This document shows positions 28,136 through 37,022 of a DNA stretch of 64,000 bases, piece after piece. Source of the stretch: a virus; IMG/VR virus record IMGVR_UViG_3300037882_001257, positions 888 through 64,887 of that record; one strand, written 5' to 3'. A program made the position numbers and the translations under genes. Within the stretch, counting starts at the first letter, position 1; every line of letters starts with the position of its first letter. The notes under the pieces are model-generated. The model searched no databases, was not told the origin of the DNA, and saw only the letters and a list, made by a program, of their open reading frames with translations.

Positions 28136-28671
28136 TCTCTCACAACCTTTATTTCTTCCGTAATATTGCCGTTGGTGTGTTCACTACTCAGTAACGGTAT
28201 TGCTACGTGGTGCAATAGGTGCCTCATGCCGTACTGTAACAAGAATTGGAAGTGGTATAAAACCTTGAGTTCCTCATTAAACTTTATCAGTGGGTCCGGC
28301 TTGAATAGTAAAGGTGTATTGACAATTTTACCACTAGTAACTACGTCAAAGGACCAGTATGGATAGTATTGTATTATGTCTCCGGCAATATTATCGCAGT
28401 ACACTCCCTTATTTAGATTATACTCAATAAGAGGTATTATGAGTTCCTCTAAAGAATGCTCACTGACGAAATCATCCTCTTTAGACAAGCATATCACGTA
28501 ATCAGAGAATTCTACATTCCTAAGCCCTTCATTGAATACCAACGGGGCGTTTTCATTCGAGTTATAGAGCATGTCATAGTTGGGATACTTTTGCTTAATA
28601 AATGACCCATTGGTAATGACAGTTACTCTGGGAAATTTTGCACTACTTTGGTCACCGGTATTGTCGGGCAT
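28117..28671 (-). CDS. Divergent GT2-like protein
   Basis: FPRVTVIT, FNEGLR and DYVICLSKEDD (GT-A-like); located in the cluster. Confidence 0.45.
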   Translation of the reverse strand: MPDNTGDQSSAKFPRVTVITNGSFIKQKYPNYDMLYNSNENAPLVFNEGLRNVEFSDYVICLSKEDDFVSEHSLEELIIPLIEYNLNKGVYCDNIAGDIIQYYPYWSFDVVTSGKIVNTPLLFKPDPLIKFNEELKVLYHFQFLLQYGMRHLLHHVAIPLLSSEHTNGNITEEIKVVRECLTKL

Positions 28672-29393
28672 CCTAATTCTTTCAATTTGACTGGTAGAGG
28701 AAATTGCTTGTTACCCATGAAATAATCATACATAATTCGCGGTACAGTCCATCCGTTACCGGTGGAGTTTGGAGTGAGAGCTGTGAATTCTAAGAACTCA
28801 TTGTTCACTTGTTTGTTTATATCCTCACCGAAGGTCTCTGGAACAATAAACCCCGCTTGGAATGTAGAGTAGAAGTTTGCATCCTTGTAAGCTGGCGAAC
28901 TCACAATCAAATCTTCCCATAGGCACTGTTCTAGGTCGGGGTCGTCGATACGTTGTACCCGCCACGGAATAGGTATGTGCTGTAATAGAGTAGCTAGATG
29001 CCTCAAGCTATACTTTGCCATCGGAGGGCGAACCACCCCAATGTACTTAGGTGGTAGTGTTTGGTTAACTAGCGAATCTACAGTTAGCTTGATAGAATCG
29101 TACTCGTCATTATTACCAAAAACAATGTCTATGAAGCGGAGCGCAATTTCTTTCTGGATAAGCCCTAGCCGCTTTGGCAGGGATTTTTCTTCTGCATGAA
29201 TCCAGTTCTTAGTGCGCTTAGACATACAGATACGGTCAGGAATCACATAAAACTCTTTTTCTTCGTCGTAGCATTCCATAATTGGTAAGCCCTTTGACCT
29301 GTACTTATCCAGTATATTCAGGTCGCACCCAGTTTGGGTAATGTCTTCATAGGTTGCAAAGATACAGTCTTTACACGATGTAAAATTACGCAT
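28623..29393 (-). CDS. Hypothetical GT-A-like protein with N-terminal Cys motif
   Basis: Start taken as MRNFTSCKDC. Contains TVDSLVNQTLPPKYIGVV, a GT2-like N-terminal pattern. Confidence 0.4.
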   Translation of the reverse strand: MRNFTSCKDCIFATYEDITQTGCDLNILDKYRSKGLPIMECYDEEKEFYVIPDRICMSKRTKNWIHAEEKSLPKRLGLIQKEIALRFIDIVFGNNDEYDSIKLTVDSLVNQTLPPKYIGVVRPPMAKYSLRHLATLLQHIPIPWRVQRIDDPDLEQCLWEDLIVSSPAYKDANFYSTFQAGFIVPETFGEDINKQVNNEFLEFTALTPNSTGNGWTVPRIMYDYFMGNKQFPLPVKLKELGCPTIPVTKVVQNFPE

Positions 29394-29790
29394 GTTTAAA
29401 TTTCTTGGCTGATATAACGTATTGTTGATGATAGATTTCGGAAGTGGCAACAGTAAAGCCACGACTATTCAATTGGTCAATTAGGGTACTCATACACGTA
29501 GCTGATTTATGATTGTTGCTAAAAAGGGTCTGAATGGCTTTTTGGCTATTGATAACACCAAAGGTCAGGGAGTGCGCTATTTGATATATGTCTACACCAG
29601 CAAAGTGAACAGTGCCGCCATACCGAACCTTACTTAGTATAGTATCTAGTACGGTCATTTGAGATTCGTATTCTACATGGTCTAATAGGTCCCCAACTCT
29701 AATTTCTGAACAAGAGCCGTCCACAATGTCGGGAATTTGGTTAATGTCTATCTCTTGTTGACCCTCTAAACCCGTGATGTTGATTTTCAT
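29386..29790 (-). CDS. Class I SAM-methyltransferase-like protein (truncated fold)
   Basis: DIVDGSCSEIRVGDLLDHV...ILSKVRYGGTVHFAGVD resembles the post-motif-I segment of Methyltransf_11. No clear GxGxG motif. Confidence 0.45.
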   Translation of the reverse strand: MKINITGLEGQQEIDINQIPDIVDGSCSEIRVGDLLDHVEYESQMTVLDTILSKVRYGGTVHFAGVDIYQIAHSLTFGVINSQKAIQTLFSNNHKSATCMSTLIDQLNSRGFTVATSEIYHQQYVISAKKFKHA

Positions 29791-30659
29791 GCTAAGAATA
29801 CCTCATATCTGTGCTTTTCTAAAATGGTGTTCCATGTATCGACAAATTCCTTGATAGGCCCGTGGTGAGTGTGGACGTACTCCAAGGCTTGCTTTTGCAA
29901 GAACGGAACTTCGTCTTTTATGCTATTCACAACCGCAGGAGCTTCCGCGACCGAATTGAAAAATCGCACGTTGTCTTTCAGGGTCTTGCTGAGGTAGTCT
30001 GTTCTATTACTAACAATAGCGCAGCCACTTTTCATAGCGGTCACAAGACTATCAGATATGTGGTTAAGAGACGACAGATTGACGAATATCTTGGCTCGCG
30101 CAAACAGGTTGTAGTGTTCCTTGTCGTATAGCTGAGTAGACAGTCCAGGATTATTGCCGGAGATTACCAAGCTCGGTATTGCGGCTTGTAAGCTGCGTAG
30201 TAGATTGTAGTCCTCTGGCAAAAAGTGCCCATGCACCAATACTATGTCTTTTTCCTCTGCTGCATACGCTTCATCTGAATATGCTCTAGGTATAATAACA
30301 GAGTCGTTGATTACGGATGTTAGTTCATTATCTGATATGGATGCCACTATTGATGGAATGGCCCTGTAATTCATTTCCTGTATCGCGCGGGCTGGTAGTG
30401 CCTCGTGAGACACCATAATAGTCGGTAGATGCAATCCTAAGCCAAACTTTTTAACAAAGTCCTGATGTACGGGAGATTGATTAATCAGTAGATGGAAAGG
30501 CGTCGTATCTCGCCAGTTGTAGGTTGACGGGTCTATTAGATGAATATTATCAGGTACGTTTTTTGTGGTTGGATACCAGCCAGCAGGAGCGTAGCTGGCC
30601 GCCCCGTAAATGTTGTGGCCGGTTTTGGCTAAATCTAAGCAATAACACCCGTCATACAA
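29787..30659 (-). CDS. GT4-like glycosyltransferase
   Basis: FARAKIFVNLS...SLVTAMKSGCAIVS (GT-B C-terminal motif). Confidence 0.65.
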   Translation of the reverse strand: MYDGCYCLDLAKTGHNIYGAASYAPAGWYPTTKNVPDNIHLIDPSTYNWRDTTPFHLLINQSPVHQDFVKKFGLGLHLPTIMVSHEALPARAIQEMNYRAIPSIVASISDNELTSVINDSVIIPRAYSDEAYAAEEKDIVLVHGHFLPEDYNLLRSLQAAIPSLVISGNNPGLSTQLYDKEHYNLFARAKIFVNLSSLNHISDSLVTAMKSGCAIVSNRTDYLSKTLKDNVRFFNSVAEAPAVVNSIKDEVPFLQKQALEYVHTHHGPIKEFVDTWNTILEKHRYEVFLA

Positions 30660-30718
30660 ATAGCAGAGTATATTGAGCGGGCTAGTGTGCTTAACACACT
30701 TATTTACCAGGTTTTTGA

Positions 30719-31870
30719 TTATACTAATGGTAGGCCATCCACTCTTCCATCAATGATGGATAAATGCTGGTTAATTAACGTAGCAATACTGTCGCAGGAA
30801 AAAGAGTCGAGGCGATGCTGTGCCTTCTCTCTGCGGGCTGTTCGCGCTTCGTCCGAGCTTTCATACGCTGCCCGCATCTGTCTTTGTAGGTCAATAATAC
30901 TTGGTTCTCTCCAAGTTTCCCACGAAGTGTAAAGATTAGCAAGTGGCGGGTCTGGAACATAAACGGGAGTCTCGTGGCTTTCTACAAGAAAACCGCAGTC
31001 TCCTACCAAGTCGGCCATACCAGTATCATTGGTCACAATCACATCGTTACCCATGTACATAGCTTCCATGACCGGTCTTGACAGTGACTCACCCCGACTT
31101 GGAAGTACTAAGCAATCACCTAGTTTATGTAATCCAGCTAGTTCCTGTTGATTGAGAAAATCCGTAATGAGGAATTCTGATGCATACAGGTCTTCGTTCT
31201 GATACAGCCTCATTTTGGATTTAATGTCTGATATTTGTTGCTGCATTACAACAGACAACTCTTCAGACGAATGCAACAACTTAGTTGTTTTAATAACGAG
31301 CTTCACTGGTTCATTCTTGGTGAACTCTCGATGGAAAGCTATTATTAGCCCTTCAATGTTTTTTCTATGAATCATTTCACCTATGTAGTAGAATACATAA
31401 GAGTCGTCAATGTTTGGGATGTCAAGCGGCGCTGCGTCCTTAGATAGCCACGATGTATCTATAGGCATTGGAACAATTGAAATGCGTGTCTTAACCCCGC
31501 TCTTGCGTAGTATGTTCTCTTCGGCTTTACTAGACACCCATATCTCATCCATTAGGTTGCAATAGCTGTGCCAATTAATCTGTGTCCATTTCGCAGATTC
31601 AAAATAGGCAATGCCGATGTTCCAACAGTCAGGCTGGCGACTAAAATAGTGAGGTAGGGCATTCTGAATAACAACATCTGGATATGTGTCTAATACATTG
31701 CTTTCAGCTTCGTATAGTTCTGCCGGTAAAGTGGCTTCAATGTTGGCGGCCATAAACAGGGGCTTAGCAGATATATTGTGGCCGGTCTTTACTAAGGACT
31801 GTAGGTAACTCTGGCTAGATTTTCCCCAGCCGTCCCGCTGTCTAAAAGGCCCTATGAATACTATGTTCAT
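30719..31870 (-). CDS. GT4 glycosyltransferase
   Basis: DGWGK, MDEIWVSS, HRKNIEGLIIAF and GDCLVLPSRGESLSRPVMEAM motifs. Confidence 0.85.
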   Translation of the reverse strand: MNIVFIGPFRQRDGWGKSSQSYLQSLVKTGHNISAKPLFMAANIEATLPAELYEAESNVLDTYPDVVIQNALPHYFSRQPDCWNIGIAYFESAKWTQINWHSYCNLMDEIWVSSKAEENILRKSGVKTRISIVPMPIDTSWLSKDAAPLDIPNIDDSYVFYYIGEMIHRKNIEGLIIAFHREFTKNEPVKLVIKTTKLLHSSEELSVVMQQQISDIKSKMRLYQNEDLYASEFLITDFLNQQELAGLHKLGDCLVLPSRGESLSRPVMEAMYMGNDVIVTNDTGMADLVGDCGFLVESHETPVYVPDPPLANLYTSWETWREPSIIDLQRQMRAAYESSDEARTARREKAQHRLDSFSCDSIATLINQHLSIIDGRVDGLPLV

Positions 31871-33528
31871 TTGTTCGCGTACTCAATATAGTCGGTGTGT
31901 GGAGGCTTCAAAATACCACAGCGGATTTTCTCACACAATATCTTGTTCTCTGCGACAGCCCTAAATAGCTCAAAAATTTCCTGCGGGGTAACAGGTTGCA
32001 TTCTGCCACCGTCAGTTACAAAACCCAAATTTAAATCCTTAGTTAAGTTGAGGGCTTCAACGCTATTAATACGATGAGGCTCACGAATAACCTCCATGTA
32101 TAGCCAGTTTACAAAACCCTTAGTGGTGTTGATGCTGCCTGGGATTTTATTTGGAACACGATATAGCTCAGGCGGGGAATCCCAGCGACCTTGTCTATTT
32201 TCTAGGACCAAGCTATCAAAGTGTTGAATGAGCTTGTCCCCTGTCTTGTCCCAGTCGAAATACTTTTCGGCGGCCTTACGTGAATTTTTACTGTAGATTG
32301 ACCGCTGTTCCTTGGTCATGTTGACAAACCTAGCAAATGTATCAGCACAGTAATCATCATCTGGTAAAGCTCGAATAGCACCGGTGCCGTGGTCGAAAAA
32401 CATACGCTCTACCTTGAGCGGAAAACCCTTGGTCTTAGCCACTATATCAGCCATTCCACTATAGTCTACAGCCATCAGTGGAAGCCCACACGCCGCCGCC
32501 TCTAGTTGAGGCATTCCAGCCCCCTCGCAGGTAGCGTATTGAATATATGCGTCAAACAGGTTGTACATATCCCCCATTTGTTCTTCCGTGTATCCATAAG
32601 ATACCGTTGGTAGAACTCCGGTCGCAGCGTTGGAGTATGGTGAATATGTCTTAGAGTCTTGGAACTTAGAAGCGAACGGTAGACGGGTCTGCATACATAC
32701 GTAGCTAAATAGAACGCGGTCTTCTACTCCAAAGAACTTCAACCAATATGGAATATCCCATCCGGCTGTGTCTGGATAAGCAACGTGGCAATACAAATAG
32801 ACATTATCACTGATTTCAGGATATTTATCTAAGAAGAGACGTAGAGCGTGGAATAGGTCTGGATAGAGCTTTCTCATCTGATTTCTCATCACTGTCCCGA
32901 TGATGATAGCGTCCTCGTTAAACCCGTGGGCTTTACGGTGTGCTTTCTTGTCTGCGACAGGTTTGAGAACATCAAGATTAACACCGGGAGAAGCAGACCC
33001 TATATACTTGATGGTGCCGTGGCTTTGCTTACGCATGATTTCGCCACCCCAGTCGGTATATGCAAATACTGAATCAGCAGTCTCAAACATTTCAATCCAT
33101 TGCTCGCGTATGGGCGCTGAATCACAAGTAGGCATGATACTCCAATGGTAGTACTTACGCAGCGGAGAGATAGCCTCAAACGTGAAGTTGTAGGGGTCTC
33201 TTGGGTCAAAGACTATATCGGCATGATAGTCTAGCAAAACTCTATTGAAACGCCACTCTCCAAAGTGGTTGTTCCTGTTTTGCATGAACTCTCGATAGCG
33301 CCCGTCACTCTCTTGGACGTTATTAGCATAGACTCTCCACGGGACAGGATTAGCTCTAACATGCTCTAGCGATGCACCAATAGCAAATTCAGCAATTTCA
33401 AACTTGTTGCTCTTGTACAGTCTCGATAGAATCTCTTTGCCGTAGGTGCCAAAGCCCGACAGGACAGATGAAGATTCATTAACGAATAATATCTTTTTCT
33501 TCATATTGACCGTCTTGAATTTTGACAA
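31867..33528 (-). CDS. GT4 glycosyltransferase, 553 aa (likely start MKKKILF)
   Basis: SGFGTYGKEIL, RNQMRKLYPDLF and CEGAGMPQLEAAACGLP motifs. Confidence 0.85.
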   Translation of the reverse strand: MSKFKTVNMKKKILFVNESSSVLSGFGTYGKEILSRLYKSNKFEIAEFAIGASLEHVRANPVPWRVYANNVQESDGRYREFMQNRNNHFGEWRFNRVLLDYHADIVFDPRDPYNFTFEAISPLRKYYHWSIMPTCDSAPIREQWIEMFETADSVFAYTDWGGEIMRKQSHGTIKYIGSASPGVNLDVLKPVADKKAHRKAHGFNEDAIIIGTVMRNQMRKLYPDLFHALRLFLDKYPEISDNVYLYCHVAYPDTAGWDIPYWLKFFGVEDRVLFSYVCMQTRLPFASKFQDSKTYSPYSNAATGVLPTVSYGYTEEQMGDMYNLFDAYIQYATCEGAGMPQLEAAACGLPLMAVDYSGMADIVAKTKGFPLKVERMFFDHGTGAIRALPDDDYCADTFARFVNMTKEQRSIYSKNSRKAAEKYFDWDKTGDKLIQHFDSLVLENRQGRWDSPPELYRVPNKIPGSINTTKGFVNWLYMEVIREPHRINSVEALNLTKDLNLGFVTDGGRMQPVTPQEIFELFRAVAENKILCEKIRCGILKPPHTDYIEYANK

Positions 33529-33952
33529 TAGCCGAATGGAAAACTTTATTGGCCCAAAACCGCGTCTTACCGAATGAGTCGCCTATAGCACTAAAGCTGT
33601 GGTTCGCTAACCTCATTTTGATAATCTGGCGCTCGGTATCTGTGAGAGAATTGGGTAGAGCATCTTCAATAGATTCGGCAGGGATATTAATCTCTTCTGC
33701 TACCGAATCTAGCGAACACATAACGTGCTTATTCTCTTTCGTTATGTAACGCGCTATCTCCCCGTGAATATAATACCATGCATAGGTACTCAATTTCCCT
33801 ATGGATGGATTATACCTTCGTATAGCCTTTAACAAACCAATCCTACCTAATTGGACGTATTCATCCAACTCCGTAGGATTGCGAGGTTTGAAATTTTTTG
33901 CTATCTTAACAACTAAACCAGTGTTAGATAGGATTAATTCCTGTTCAGTCAT
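33479..33952 (-). CDS. Sigma-70-family RNA polymerase sigma factor (small, regions 2 and 4)
   Basis: LVVKIAK...DEYVQLGRIGLLKAIRRY...KLSTYAWYYIHGEI; region 4-like LTDTERQIIKMR...SFSAIG. Confidence 0.85.
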   Translation of the reverse strand: MTEQELILSNTGLVVKIAKNFKPRNPTELDEYVQLGRIGLLKAIRRYNPSIGKLSTYAWYYIHGEIARYITKENKHVMCSLDSVAEEINIPAESIEDALPNSLTDTERQIIKMRLANHSFSAIGDSFGKTRFWANKVFHSAIVKIQDGQYEEKDIIR

Positions 33953-34383
33953 TAGAACGGGATTTCTTCGCCGCTCTTTGGTTCTTCTGCTGGCGCTTCA
34001 GCAGGGGCACTATTTTCTTCCTCGCTTGGTGGTGAGTTGTCAGGCGACGGCTTACCGGACTTAGGACGCACTACATCGAAGCGTTCTACCGAAACGAACG
34101 TCTCATTACGCGGTGTTCCATCTTCTGCGGTCCACTTGTTATTCTTGAGTCTGCCATAGACCAAGACTCCGTCTCCCTTTGCAGCGCGAGCCACAATGCG
34201 TTCAGCTACACTGTTCCATGCTTCACATCGAACAAATGTTGCAACATTTTCCCATTCACCAGCCGCGTTTTTGCGGCCTTCGTTGATAGCTACCGTGAAC
34301 TTTGTCAGAGGGCTTTTTTGCGCCCCAACGTGCTTCAATTCCGGGTCCGCTGTCAAATTTCCGTTTCCAAACCAACCTTGCAT
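33952..34383 (-). CDS. ssb: Single-stranded DNA-binding protein
   Basis: GNLTADPEL, FVRCEAWNSVAE and KGDGVLVYGRLKNNKW motifs; acidic C-terminal EEIPF. Confidence 0.95.
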   Translation of the reverse strand: MQGWFGNGNLTADPELKHVGAQKSPLTKFTVAINEGRKNAAGEWENVATFVRCEAWNSVAERIVARAAKGDGVLVYGRLKNNKWTAEDGTPRNETFVSVERFDVVRPKSGKPSPDNSPPSEEENSAPAEAPAEEPKSGEEIPF

Positions 34384-34461
34384 TGTCTTACCTCCGGTTT
34401 TCGTACTGTAAAAATCTCGCTACCATATACTATACAGGGCGACTGCCACAAGGCAAGCCCG

Positions 34462-36186
34462 TTAAAGCTGTAAAGCCGTATCGACCTGGAAAACCCCGTC
34501 CCGCCCGCGATTGCCGGTCAAGAGCAGGGTATTGCTTTCAATCATCAGGTGTTGAAACTCCTTCCATATTTCTGGAAAAATTACCACGGATTCTAGTACA
34601 CCCGTAATGTCACTTATTTGTAAGAAAGCCATCTCTTGTCCAGGGTTCTTGCCCTTTTTGGTTTTCACCCTACGTACAGAATCTAGGTCGCAGGCAATCC
34701 TAATAGATTCCGCAAAGAACCCGTCCATGTATGCTCTGATAGTGCAATTTGCCTTATCAGCGTCGGCACACGCTTCGACTGCTGTACATGAAATCGGTAT
34801 GCCTAACAGGCCAGTCTCAATACTAGCAATCCACCGAATATCATCTGATAGCTTGTGTGGTGGGTTTTCCAGTGTAAATAGTAGGTTCTTAATCTTATCT
34901 AAGCGTGACGCATTAAAACATATAGCATCTTTACCTGTGCCCTTAGCGACTATAAATTGCAGAACTTCTCTCAGGGTTTTCATCGGATACTTTGCCGACG
35001 TTCTATGTCCCTCTTCATCGTAGTTATACAGCAGCAATAGTCGCTCTAATTTCGGCAGTTCTGTCTTGTTGATTTCGCTAAATACTTTGTACTGAAAAAG
35101 CATCTCGGTGCGAGACACCCCCATATATGACAAAGCCCCCGATTTAATCATAGCCTCTATACAGGTCTTAGACACTTTAGGCGTTAGATAGAGCAAGAAT
35201 TCCAGCCAAGTCCACTCTTTACGAGATTTCCCCAGCACCTTTTCGACTGCGTTAGTACGTTGGACCATTTTATCATAGACCTTAACCCCCACACCTTTAA
35301 TGTCTACAAACCCAAAGTAAATATCACCATCAATAATCTTGAAGTGATTATTCATCTTTCGATAGTCTGGTGCTAGTACATTGATTCTAGCGTTTTTGGC
35401 GTCGGACACTAATTCCCTAATCTCTACTTGCGGCTTTTGCTTAGCCTTCGCATAAAACAAGTATGAACAATAGAATGTTCTTGGAAAGTGGGCCTTAGTA
35501 TACGCTGATAAATATCCATTAATAGCATACGTCACAGCGTGCGATTTGTTAAAACTGTAACGCTGAGACTTTTCTATCCAGTCGAAGATTTGTTCTGCTT
35601 CTTCTAGGGTGACAATCTGAGTTTTGATACAACCTTCTATAAACTCCTTTTTGACCTTTGCCATAAGAGCGGGCAATTTCTTACCCATCGCCTTGCGTAG
35701 AACGTCAGCCTGTTGTAGATTAAATCCTGCTATGTCTCTCGCAATTTGCATAGCCTGTTCTTGGTATATCATCTCACCGTAGGTAGGTGATAAGCTAGCT
35801 TCTAAAGCAGGATGATAATACGTCACAGCCTCTTTATTATTCTTACGGTCAATGTAGTGTTGAGTCACACTTTTCTCTGGACCGTCACCATCCTTACGCA
35901 AAACTTCGCTGGAACCGGGGCGAATAATAGCCGCCAACGCAGCCAACTGCTCTATATTCTCAGGTTGTAGTTTCGCAGCAAGAGACTGTCCTAGTCTGCT
36001 TTCAAGCTGAAAGACACCCTTAGTCTTGCCAGAGGCGATGAGGGCCCATGTGCGGGGGCAATCCAGAGGAATTTCACTTACGTCGGGATTTAATAGGATG
36101 ACCGGCTTTCCATTAACCTCCCCTTTACGGTGAAATTCGCACCCGCACCCAGGGAATTTATATAGCTTTTCCTCGACCGTACTCAT
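34462..36186 (-). CDS. dnaE: DNA polymerase III alpha subunit, C-terminal half (fingers, HhH, OB)
   Basis: KGVFQLES, AIIRPG, MIYQEQAMQIA, ADVLRKAMGKK, YSFNKSHA, GFVDIKGVG and MAFLQISDITG. Start taken as MSTVEEK. Confidence 0.92.
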   Translation of the reverse strand: MSTVEEKLYKFPGCGCEFHRKGEVNGKPVILLNPDVSEIPLDCPRTWALIASGKTKGVFQLESRLGQSLAAKLQPENIEQLAALAAIIRPGSSEVLRKDGDGPEKSVTQHYIDRKNNKEAVTYYHPALEASLSPTYGEMIYQEQAMQIARDIAGFNLQQADVLRKAMGKKLPALMAKVKKEFIEGCIKTQIVTLEEAEQIFDWIEKSQRYSFNKSHAVTYAINGYLSAYTKAHFPRTFYCSYLFYAKAKQKPQVEIRELVSDAKNARINVLAPDYRKMNNHFKIIDGDIYFGFVDIKGVGVKVYDKMVQRTNAVEKVLGKSRKEWTWLEFLLYLTPKVSKTCIEAMIKSGALSYMGVSRTEMLFQYKVFSEINKTELPKLERLLLLYNYDEEGHRTSAKYPMKTLREVLQFIVAKGTGKDAICFNASRLDKIKNLLFTLENPPHKLSDDIRWIASIETGLLGIPISCTAVEACADADKANCTIRAYMDGFFAESIRIACDLDSVRRVKTKKGKNPGQEMAFLQISDITGVLESVVIFPEIWKEFQHLMIESNTLLLTGNRGRDGVFQVDTALQL

Positions 36187-36850
36187 CTGATAGTTCTTTC
36201 CATGTAGTAACCTTAGAAGCACATTCTCTATGCAGCTTCATAAAGCGTATGATTAATTCTGCCTCGTCCCGAACGTCTTTAAGGGCATCGTGCCCGCCAT
36301 CTGTTTCCATTTTGAAGAATTGCCGGAGCGTATCCATCTTATAGTTTACCGGACCAAAAGTAAGGCCCTCAAACCACAAGAATATCATATCCTTCAGGTC
36401 CACCTTATCACGACCGTTAAACATGGTATTCACACCGTATTTAGCATTCAGTCTATCAGCTATAATAAGGTCGAAGTCTTTTAGGTTTACACCGGCAGCA
36501 ATAGGGGCTGTGTGCATACTCTTAGTTGGATTGTGCTTATTAATGTAGTCTGAGAATAGCCCCCAGGCGAATCTAGTGTCAGCCCCTCTTTTCCAGGTAG
36601 CTATAACATCTTCCCTGGTGATGTTCATAACCCTGGCATGGAAGTTGATAGTATCACTAATCTGCTCAGTGATGTATTCCGGCTTCTCAATCCCAGGCGG
36701 CTTGACCCTAATGTTGAACTCACTATCAGGTATAATCTCCAGCTTGATAGGGTTGATTGCCACAGCCCCTATTTGCACGATGTTACAGATAGAGGGGTCT
36801 GTTGAGTCTGTTTCAAGGTCAAATACTACTATTGTTTTCTTGTTCGCCAT
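36158..36850 (-). CDS. DEDDh 3'-5' exonuclease (DnaQ/epsilon-like)
   Basis: ExoI VFDLETD, ExoII AGVNLKDFD and ExoIII HDALKDV. Confidence 0.88.
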   Translation of the reverse strand: MANKKTIVVFDLETDSTDPSICNIVQIGAVAINPIKLEIIPDSEFNIRVKPPGIEKPEYITEQISDTINFHARVMNITREDVIATWKRGADTRFAWGLFSDYINKHNPTKSMHTAPIAAGVNLKDFDLIIADRLNAKYGVNTMFNGRDKVDLKDMIFLWFEGLTFGPVNYKMDTLRQFFKMETDGGHDALKDVRDEAELIIRFMKLHRECASKVTTWKELSDEYGRGKAI

Positions 36851-37022
36851 ATGGTTCGACTAGCATTATATGCCCGCATAGTATTCCACTACCATCCACT
36901 TCATCCAGCGCGTTCCATTCGGCCTGACAGCACTTGTCTTTAAAAAACGGCTCGGTCTTACGATATACGCGCCCGCCATACAAAAACAACCCGTCAATAG
37001 GAAGCTCGCTAAAACGAATCAT
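36819..37022 (-). CDS. Small hypothetical protein inside the split dnaE operon
   Basis: 67 aa; overlaps both neighbours (MIRFSELPIDGLFLYGGRVYRK). Confidence 0.55.
   Translation of the reverse strand: MIRFSELPIDGLFLYGGRVYRKTEPFFKDKCCQAEWNALDEVDGSGILCGHIMLVEPYGEQENNSSI

Noticed and set aside
34437-34461. Hairpin GGGC-TGCC-ACAA-GGCA-GCCC after dnaE-C as a terminator
   Set aside because: There is no U-tract on the transcribed (-) strand; at most it is a stability or pause hairpin.
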